Below are positions 13,888 to 21,321 of a stretch of 64,000 nucleotides of DNA, piece by piece (position 1 is the first letter of the stretch; each line of letters opens with the position of its first letter). Position numbers and translations under genes: made by a program. The notes below the pieces were generated by a model that did not search any database, was not told where the DNA came from, and saw only the letters and a program-made list of their open reading frames with translations. The stretch comes from Iphione sp. A-MEVVRFRX5 (Eukaryota), in NCBI GenBank assembly GCA_976226885.1, contig OZ320314.1, positions 49,228,001 to 49,292,000 of the forward strand, read 5' to 3'.

Positions 13888-16158
13888 GTGAGTAGTATAC
13901 TTATGTACAGAGTGTTCGTGGTACTTGTGTCTAGCAAGGCTACATATACCAAGCATACCATCCAAGTGTATATGTAACATTGCGGCTCATGTGTAGGCTT
14001 CTGCTATTTTCTTCCCGTTCCTCGTGAACATTAGTTACATGTATTATTCTTTGGCTATTCTTCGGCTCTTTCAGTCTTCATCTCTTTCATCATCGTCCTC
14101 TACTTTTTCTTCTCCTTCTTCTTCGCCTCTACCTTATCTCATTGATTTGTTCTTACCTCTTTTGATGTTTCCTTCTCCTTTTTGTTTCCCTTAATTCTTG
14201 AGACGAGCTCTTAACCTATCATCTAGACTGTCGCCCGACACACGTGGTTTCAATGTGTGATGCCTTGTGCTAGGCTGACCTTTCCAGGAAAGCGGAAAGT
14301 GGGGTCAATTTCTGCCATAAAGTATAACCGTAGACATATCCGCATGTTTATGCCACAAACCACACACACGTGACGTAACAAGCAAGTGCAACACAATAGA
14401 TCAAATAACAGGACGCACTCCTTAAATATAATTAATCGTCCGCGAGAGACTTAGCCGCATTAAGGGCGTCTATTTAGATGCATATAAATGACTGCTAAAG
14501 ACCCTACATATGTCTGTTTGGTATTTGTTACTCGTTGGTGTCTATGGCCCGTGGGGGCGTGAGGTCTGAACAGATATACACATTGGGTTTCGGGCAGGCT
14601 GGGCGGGGGATAAAAAAAGGGCCGATGTTAGCGACTGTCTTGTCCCTCTCTTCTCACTCCACTTAACACAGAGGACGGTGATCGCACCTGTCCTCACAAC
14701 TCTCTCCATGTCCCATCCGCCAACACATGCAAACACACACACAAACACACACACAGTGACGACGTAGTGGCTATGAAATCAGCACTAGTTCAACCACTTG
14801 CCGAAGGATGGTGAACCGTTGGCGAAGGATGGCTCCTTGGCAACTCCCACTTTTTAGTAGATCCGCTCCTTAGATTGCCAACAAAACATTGGCTCACTCC
14901 AGGCCCAACCCAACGACAGCCCTCCTCCCGAGGGTGTGGACATTTCGGGGTAGAATGTAAAGAGTTTGCTTATTTGTTATATTTAAGGGTATTGCATTAA
15001 AGGTGATGATAGGATACACTGCAGGGTGACCGAGAGCAAACTATACGTGTAATTATCTAACACACCCTTTTTCTCTGTGCGTCTGTCGCTGATTATGTCC
15101 ATCTTTCTGTTGAAAGCTTGATCTTCCTTATCTTCGTTCTCCACGCAACACCGGGGGCTGTCTTTTATGGTTTTCGGCAGCGCTTTCCAGACTTGTTCCT
15201 GTCTGTAACCTTTCTCTGGTTGATATCATTTCTTATTTCATCTAGAACTTTCCCCTTTCATCCCTCTGTCCATTTTCAGATGCCTCCTATTGTTATTTTT
15301 TTTCTTGCCTTTTCTTTCTTCCTGTCCTACCTCTAGCTATCTGCGTCTCCTCTATCTCTCACCATGCACTCTCTCCCTCCTTCTTCCTTTTCTCTCGTCT
15401 CCCCCGCCCCCTTCTCTTTCTCCAACTAAGATCCTCTTATGATTGACTTCTTTCATTCTTACGTCAGCACCGTATTTCCCTGTCTTTAATAAATGTGACC
15501 CTGTATGTGCTCCCCCAGCCACCTTTCTACATCGTTATAGTTGTAGTGCCTGCCACGGCCAGTCACTGACACCAACCGCAAGTGCTCGCCCCGTTCACCT
15601 CATTCCACTACAGATCCCAGTGGTGACCAGTGTACCGTGGCAGGGGCTGTTGGCTTGACGGCGGCCTCCTCCTCCTCCTCCTCCTCTTCCTGTTCGTCCT
15701 CTTCCTCTTTCTTGCCACGGCCAACCTAGTTTCATGAACTATCTACCACTTAAGGCAACTACTTCTAGATGCAAGACACACAGGTGATGGTAATTCATTC
15801 ATTAACTAGCTGCAGGGACGTCGTTACTCTGCAGATTCTCTCAACTAACGCTAACCATCCACCTACCACTATAAACACTTGCACGGACATCAGTGTCAAA
15901 CATCGACCACCATCACCAGCAATGTGACCTTCTACTACAACCACCCTAGTCACCACCCATCACCACTCTTTCTCTATTACCACTTACCCCTGCGGGGCAC
16001 CACCACCTAGCACCTAACTTATCAAACAACCAACAGTTTCATTAACTGTTCACCAAACACCAGAAATATTGCCACTGGATCACATATAACTAACCAAACA
16101 TAAACACACAATATATTATCCATCCTCAATTTAAAAAAGAAGTGTATGATAATATGTA

Positions 16159-16172
16159 ATAACAGCTATAAC

Positions 16173-16175
<3 letters not shown>
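16159..16175 (+). repeat. Left target-site duplication of the PLE
   Basis: ATAACAGCTATAACCTA is repeated exactly at 21305-21321. The first 3 nt (ATA) are ambiguous with the element end, so the TSD is 14-17 bp. Confidence 0.92.

Positions 16176-16208
<33 letters not shown>
16175..16208 (+). repeat. A34 tract at the 5' junction of the PLE
   Basis: 34 consecutive A between the TSD and the pLTR. The same position in the 3' pLTR has only A7 (21031-21037). Confidence 0.95.
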
Positions 16209-16210
<2 letters not shown>

Positions 16211-16478
16211 CTTGACAAAAGGAATCAACAATAAGCATTCATAAAGGAAAAACACTATCATAGAATAAGGTGCCTGATGAGACATAAGTCGAAACCGTGT
16301 TATAGAAGTGCATAACTAAATAACCAGACCAATAAGATATCATAGTGAGACCTCACCACAACAGCACCCATGGCAACAGACAAACAGAATATCAGTTAAA
16401 TAAGGGGCACACAGGGCTGGTTAACCACTTGACTCGGTAGCACCAACAGAGCAAAGGCCTAGCCACGTCTAACATATA
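16202..16478 (+). repeat. 5' pseudo-LTR (direct repeat, 277 bp including A7)
   Basis: Identical to 21031-21307 (offset 4829). Confidence 0.97.
16269..16444 (+). ncRNA. Type I hammerhead ribozyme with long stem III insertion (5' copy); predicted cleavage after 16439
   Basis: GGTGC(16269-73)-CTGATGA-GAC/ATAA/GTC-GAAA-CCG…CGG(16435-37)-TA-GCACC(16440-44). All core nucleotides and stems I, II and III can form. Confidence 0.85.
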
Positions 16479-16879
16479 CCAACCAACAACGCCCGCGCTC
16501 ACCCGAATCGAGTTCACGACCAGCCCGCGTGCCCTGACGATTACGTAAGCAACGGTCTACCACCATTTGACCACACACGATAAAAGCTTATACAGACACA
16601 AAAACGACACTATCCCCAACCGATGAATAAAAGATACCAAGGCGCCCTAGGCACCTTAATAACATCTAAGAGAGAAAAAGAAATAATACATACCAAAAAG
16701 ACACTCACCAACAGGGAGTTTCTTTCAACTGAACAACAGATAGACTAACCGCCACGTAGACGACAGTAAAACCGACCTGGTATTACTAAAAATAGCGACA
16801 CCAGAGAGGTCGCTGCGCGACAAAAAGAAAGAGAACCAACAAAACACCTTTTTCGTGATACAGTACCCATACATAAGGA

Positions 16880-18205
16880 ATGAAGAACAAACGAATACAA
16901 ACAGGAGACGGTTTGAAAAGGTCGATACAATCGACCTCAAACACAGAGAGTGGTACAACCGCACCTACCGAAAACAAGAATCAGATCACAGACCAAGACG
17001 TGGTACAACCGCGCTCAGAGAAACCAGAAAAACTGATAATGTCCAGACAGAGACGAGTGTCCCATACCCTCACTGACCTCTGCATCTTGGGTGGAGATCA
17101 GGACCAGGAAGAGGAATACGAGGAGGAGATGGACAACAATATGGACGTTGGGAGCAAACCCATCGAAACTCCCGAGGGAAGCTATAGATACAGACTAGAC
17201 GAAATCGTCACTAAGACACAACCCAGTACCTCAGACCAACAACCCTCCACCGACAAAGAGGAGGTAAGTTTCACATTAGACATCAAGAAGATAGAACAAT
17301 ATAAAAAAAGCATCCTCAACACAATTAGCGAATTACATAACCACATTACACATGACTCATTCACTAAGTCACGTTTAAAATCAAGCAACAGAGCGAGAGA
17401 CACCCCCAATGCAATGATCCGACCAAGTACGAAACGAAAAGACTGTAATGAAAACGACCAACTCTTCAAAAAGAGAAAACTCACAGAGACAACACACCAT
17501 CTGACTAATACCAATGTTTCTGCTCCTTTACAGATGCAGCCCTGGTTGAAGAACCTAAGCGAAAGCTACACAAACAGCTGGAACAGCGCCATGAGGAAAA
17601 TCGCCACCTCGGCCCGTAGTCAGGTGAGGGCGGAGTTCATAGAACAATGCCTAGAACACGGCCTAATCCTAAAGAACAACATCCATACGGTGCCTTTGGC
17701 CGGCTTCTATAGAGGAGATGACGAACTCCAAGCGGATATGTCAGAACTAAGGCAGAGGCATGCAAGAGAACAAATGCAAAGATGTGAGGTGTCACTCCGT
17801 AGGACATCAAGAATAACGAAAGATGAAGCACACTCTGAGATAGGAAGAGTAGAGACACAGCTGCCCCCGAAAGACATTGCAGCAAGCAGAGCGTACGTGA
17901 AACAACTGGGAGAACGAGTGATGAGGGAAACAAGAGCAGACATTGAACAAAAGAAGACTACACTCGTTATGACCAATCTAACGACCAACGTGGTAGCCCC
18001 CTTTCACTCCGCATCCCAGAACTATGCTCCATCATCGAGACCGCCTTTTCACAGGCTGGGTCTGAGGGGCATCACCTCCAGACGAGGAAGAAGCAGTCAG
18101 ACAAAAAGAGTTGCCTCAGACCCAGTAGAAAGCAGCAACAAACGTACAACCATGAGCCTCACAGAGGAAGAGCTACAAATACTGTCCCTCTTCAGGAAAC
18201 AGTAA
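16880..18205 (+). CDS. PLE ORF1, 441 aa: disordered/acidic N-terminus, bipartite NLS, helical/coiled-coil C-terminal half, Arg/Ser-rich tail
   Basis: Uninterrupted 441-codon ORF inside the element with the same A-rich codon style as ORF2. It contains KR-x10-KKRK and an FIEQCLEHGLI motif. Function is not assignable from sequence. Confidence 0.8.
   Translation: MKNKRIQTGDGLKRSIQSTSNTESGTTAPTENKNQITDQDVVQPRSEKPEKLIMSRQRRVSHTLTDLCILGGDQDQEEEYEEEMDNNMDVGSKPIETPEGSYRYRLDEIVTKTQPSTSDQQPSTDKEEVSFTLDIKKIEQYKKSILNTISELHNHITHDSFTKSRLKSSNRARDTPNAMIRPSTKRKDCNENDQLFKKRKLTETTHHLTNTNVSAPLQMQPWLKNLSESYTNSWNSAMRKIATSARSQVRAEFIEQCLEHGLILKNNIHTVPLAGFYRGDDELQADMSELRQRHAREQMQRCEVSLRRTSRITKDEAHSEIGRVETQLPPKDIAASRAYVKQLGERVMRETRADIEQKKTTLVMTNLTTNVVAPFHSASQNYAPSSRPPFHRLGLRGITSRRGRSSQTKRVASDPVESSNKRTTMSLTEEELQILSLFRKQ
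17264..17533 (+). other. Candidate in-frame (phase 0, 270 nt) intron within ORF1
   Basis: Donor GAG|GTAAGT, branch-like CTGACTAAT (17501-17509), and pyrimidine tract TTTCTGCTCCTTTACAG|ATG, which is rare on an A-rich strand. Confidence 0.6.
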
Positions 18206-18207
18206 AG

Positions 18208-18431
18208 GTAAGTACCTTTGAAATATCAACAAGCAATCGCTACGAGATACTAACAGAGACATACCCCAACCCAGACATGTCAAAAGAACAAGGTGAAACT
18301 CGCCCTAAAAAGAGTTGTATCACACCAAGCAATAACAAAACAAATGAGTCCGTTGAAATCTCCAAGAATAGACTATCCCCGTTACAGACAGGGAGCAGAT
18401 TTCCACGCAATGATATACGATTCTTTTTCAG
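18208..18431 (+). other. Candidate intron joining ORF1 to ORF2 in frame (alternative weak donor at 18202)
   Basis: Donor AAG|GTAAGT lies 2 nt after the ORF1 stop and the acceptor is TTCTTTTTCAG|A. Both junctions are phase 2, so removing 224 nt (or 230 nt) aligns the two frames. Confidence 0.7.
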
Positions 18432-21012
18432 AAACCTGAACAAGAGTGAAGAACAGACCAATCCGGCCCATACGGATGGAGGGGAGCAGACAATGGCCGT
18501 GGAAAAACGACCTCCAACCAGGGTAGATGGAGAAGAGCAACTGCCGTCCAGAGAGAAGCAACTATCACAAGAAAGTAGTAACAATACTGAAAAAGATAAG
18601 CAAGAGAGAGACAACTCGTTTGTGAACAATAAAAACAACCAAAACCAGAACACTTGCATAATAAAGATGTTTAATAAAACTGAAGTTTGTCAAGATTCGT
18701 TCTGTCTAAATGAATTAGAAACAATGCTCGACACTATACCTATGAATTATAAAACGAAAGTAGTGAATATATCAGACCACATTCTGAACAAAAATGAACT
18801 CACTCTATTAGAAAAGGGCCTAAGTTTCTGTCCAACACCGGGAGAATTAGACTTAGGTAAGAAAAAGAACGACTTAGACAATTTTCATAATAAATTACGA
18901 TTCAGATCATACTTCAGAGATAAACCAGTCCATACTTGTAATGAACACAATTACAAACTCAAGAAGATAGACAAACGAGACCTGGTAAAAAGAGGCCCAT
19001 CAGGACCCCCTTGGCTTGAAACGATGATACACATCAATGAAATGAAACTTGACACAATACACACAAGGGAACCAAGACATAAAAATTTAACACAAGAAGA
19101 AAAGAACGCCATTAGGAGTCTTAAAGCAGACAGAGAGGTAATTATTAAAAAGGCCGACAAAGGAGGAGCAGTCGTGTTAATGAACCGATCTGACTATAAA
19201 CAAGAAGGATACAGACAACTGCAGAATCAGAAATTTTACAAGGAATGCGACAAAAACACGACGAAGATATTCCAAAGCGAACTGACAACAATTGTAGAGA
19301 GATTGATTTACCAAGAGGAGATAAGCCCATCAACAGGCCAACTGCTGCTGGCGAACAACCCAAGAACACCAGAACTATACTTACTGCCGAAAATACATAA
19401 GAAACAGTCACCCGTACCAGGAAGACCTGTTATATCAGCAAACGGTTGCACGACTGAGAAAATATCAGCATACGTAGACGATTTTCTACGCCCAATCGCA
19501 ATGGAACAACGTTCCTTCATTAAAGATACTACAGACTTTCTTAACAAACTATCCAACACCCATATTAACGCCACAGATATCCTAGTGACTATGGATGTGA
19601 CATCACTCTACACGAATATACCCAACGAAGCTGGCCTTGAAGCCACACGAAAGAAACTAGTGGAACACAGGAAAACATCACAGAAACCCACAAACGAAAC
19701 AATATTATACCTGCTAGAACAAGTTTTAACGAAAAACAACTTCAGATTCAATGGCAGGGATTACCTGCAAATAGGAGGCACAGCAATGGGCACGAGAGTA
19801 GCCCCCTCCTACGCCAACATCTTCATGAGCTACTTTGAGGACGAATATATTTACACACACCCACTCCAGCCAAGCCTATATGTAAGATTCATCGACGATA
19901 TCTTCTTCGTATGGCCACATGGACAAAAACGATTAGATGAGTTCCTAAGAAAGATACAAGGAGCTTCACCACATATATCCTTCACCACAGAAATCTCTGG
20001 AAAAGAAGTGAACTTCCTTGACACGACAATTCGTAAGGAAGAGGACGGAGGTATTGAAACAGACTTGTACATCAAAGATACTGACGTCAACAGCACCCTC
20101 TTATACACTTCAGCCCATCCAATTAGAATGAAGAACAATATCCCGTATGGACAGTTCTTAAGAATACGAAGGATCTGCAGTAGGGATGAGGATTTCATCT
20201 CTAACTGCTTAAACAAATCCGCTAACTTCTTAGAAAGAGGTTACCCAAAAAAGGTAATATCACGAGCACTCCATGAGGCCTCGAAAAAAGACAGGAACAG
20301 CCTCCTAAGAGCAGGGACTAACCACACTAAAGACCAAAATCCAGAGAAGAAGAACATCCTAGTTACCACGTATCAACCCGGTAACAAGGAAATAGAAGAC
20401 ATAGTGAGAAAAAACTGGAAAATACTCCATAAATCTAAGACTACCAGAGAAATTGCAGAGAATGGGATCATGGTTGCCTACAGAAGACCTAAAAATTTGA
20501 GAGATCACCTAGTCAGAGCTAGGCTTCTGAGCTATGAAGGCACAAGCAACAATAAAAACCAACTGAAGACTAATATATGCAATAAGCAAGACTGCAGGTA
20601 TTGCCCAACTATCAACACGATTGACAGGATAATGAATAAACACACCAAGAGATCGTATGAAATCAAACGTAAAGCAAACTGCAACAGCAGTAACCTGATA
20701 TATGCCATAACTTGCAAGAAGTGCAAGATCCACTACGTAGGACAAACAAAACTAAGAATAAAAGACAGATTCAGACATCACTTTTATGACATTAAGAAAT
20801 CCAACAACAAAAACCTGGTTATGGAACATTTCAACAAAAAAGACCATAACCCACAATCAGACCTAATAATAAGAGTCCTGGATTTCATCCACCTGTCGCC
20901 AAAAGAAGACAGTTCAAAAATATTGAGGAATAAACTGGAACAAAGATGGATCCACAGATTACGTACACTGAGCCCATATGGACTGAACATCCTAGATGGT
21001 GAATTCCAATGA
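18277..21012 (+). CDS. PLE ORF2, 911 aa: reverse transcriptase + Cys-rich linker + GIY-YIG endonuclease
   Basis: KGLSFCPTP, KADKGGAVV, LYLLPKIHK, PGRPVIS, TMDVTSLYTNIP, QIGGTAMGTRVAPSYANIFM, RFIDDIFF, VNFLD and HP…IPYGQFLRIRRICS. Linker CNKQDCRYC; endonuclease LIYAITCKKC-x3-YVGQT…R…H…H…E…GLN. No stops or frameshifts. The true N-terminus is uncertain because the first 52 codons lie in the candidate intron. Confidence 0.97.
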   Translation: MSKEQGETRPKKSCITPSNNKTNESVEISKNRLSPLQTGSRFPRNDIRFFFRNLNKSEEQTNPAHTDGGEQTMAVEKRPPTRVDGEEQLPSREKQLSQESSNNTEKDKQERDNSFVNNKNNQNQNTCIIKMFNKTEVCQDSFCLNELETMLDTIPMNYKTKVVNISDHILNKNELTLLEKGLSFCPTPGELDLGKKKNDLDNFHNKLRFRSYFRDKPVHTCNEHNYKLKKIDKRDLVKRGPSGPPWLETMIHINEMKLDTIHTREPRHKNLTQEEKNAIRSLKADREVIIKKADKGGAVVLMNRSDYKQEGYRQLQNQKFYKECDKNTTKIFQSELTTIVERLIYQEEISPSTGQLLLANNPRTPELYLLPKIHKKQSPVPGRPVISANGCTTEKISAYVDDFLRPIAMEQRSFIKDTTDFLNKLSNTHINATDILVTMDVTSLYTNIPNEAGLEATRKKLVEHRKTSQKPTNETILYLLEQVLTKNNFRFNGRDYLQIGGTAMGTRVAPSYANIFMSYFEDEYIYTHPLQPSLYVRFIDDIFFVWPHGQKRLDEFLRKIQGASPHISFTTEISGKEVNFLDTTIRKEEDGGIETDLYIKDTDVNSTLLYTSAHPIRMKNNIPYGQFLRIRRICSRDEDFISNCLNKSANFLERGYPKKVISRALHEASKKDRNSLLRAGTNHTKDQNPEKKNILVTTYQPGNKEIEDIVRKNWKILHKSKTTREIAENGIMVAYRRPKNLRDHLVRARLLSYEGTSNNKNQLKTNICNKQDCRYCPTINTIDRIMNKHTKRSYEIKRKANCNSSNLIYAITCKKCKIHYVGQTKLRIKDRFRHHFYDIKKSNNKNLVMEHFNKKDHNPQSDLIIRVLDFIHLSPKEDSSKILRNKLEQRWIHRLRTLSPYGLNILDGEFQ

Positions 21013-21030
21013 ATGCACTAGCCTCGTCAT

Positions 21031-21307
21031 AAAAAAACCCTTGACAAAAGGAATCAACAATAAGCATTCATAAAGGAAAAACACTATCATAGAATAAGGT
21101 GCCTGATGAGACATAAGTCGAAACCGTGTTATAGAAGTGCATAACTAAATAACCAGACCAATAAGATATCATAGTGAGACCTCACCACAACAGCACCCAT
21201 GGCAACAGACAAACAGAATATCAGTTAAATAAGGGGCACACAGGGCTGGTTAACCACTTGACTCGGTAGCACCAACAGAGCAAAGGCCTAGCCACGTCTA
21301 ACATATA
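21031..21307 (+). repeat. 3' pseudo-LTR (direct repeat)
   Basis: Starts 18 nt after the ORF2 stop and is identical to the 5' copy. Confidence 0.97.
21098..21273 (+). ncRNA. Type I hammerhead ribozyme with long stem III insertion (3' copy); predicted cleavage after 21268
   Basis: Identical to the 5' copy: CTGATGA at 21103, GAAA at 21120, CGG-TA-GCACC at 21264-21273. Confidence 0.85.
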
Positions 21308-21321
21308 ACAGCTATAACCTA
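21305..21321 (+). repeat. Right target-site duplication of the PLE
   Basis: ATAACAGCTATAACCTA, identical to 16159-16175. Confidence 0.92.

Larger units (their letters stand above)
16175..21307 (+). mobile_element. Intact, recently inserted Penelope-like retroelement (Neptune-like), two ORFs, direct pLTRs
   Basis: RT + C-terminal GIY-YIG ORF, pLTRs identical by eye and 4829 bp apart, hammerhead cores in both pLTRs, perfect TSD, and a strongly A-rich sense strand. Confidence 0.97.

Noticed and set aside
16534-16560. Second hammerhead-like core CTGACGA-TTACGTAA-GCAA-CGGTC
   Set aside because: GAAA is replaced by GCAA, stem II has no loop, and there is no stem I partner.
16725-20990. Many antisense ORFs within the PLE
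   Set aside because: By-product of the A-rich sense strand (T-rich antisense with few stops). The products are hydrophobic, low-complexity and motif-free.
21010-21021. Possible selenocysteine readthrough at the ORF2 TGA
   Set aside because: The TGA is terminal, after the complete GIY-YIG domain, with a TAG three codons later. No internal TGA and no SECIS was recognised.
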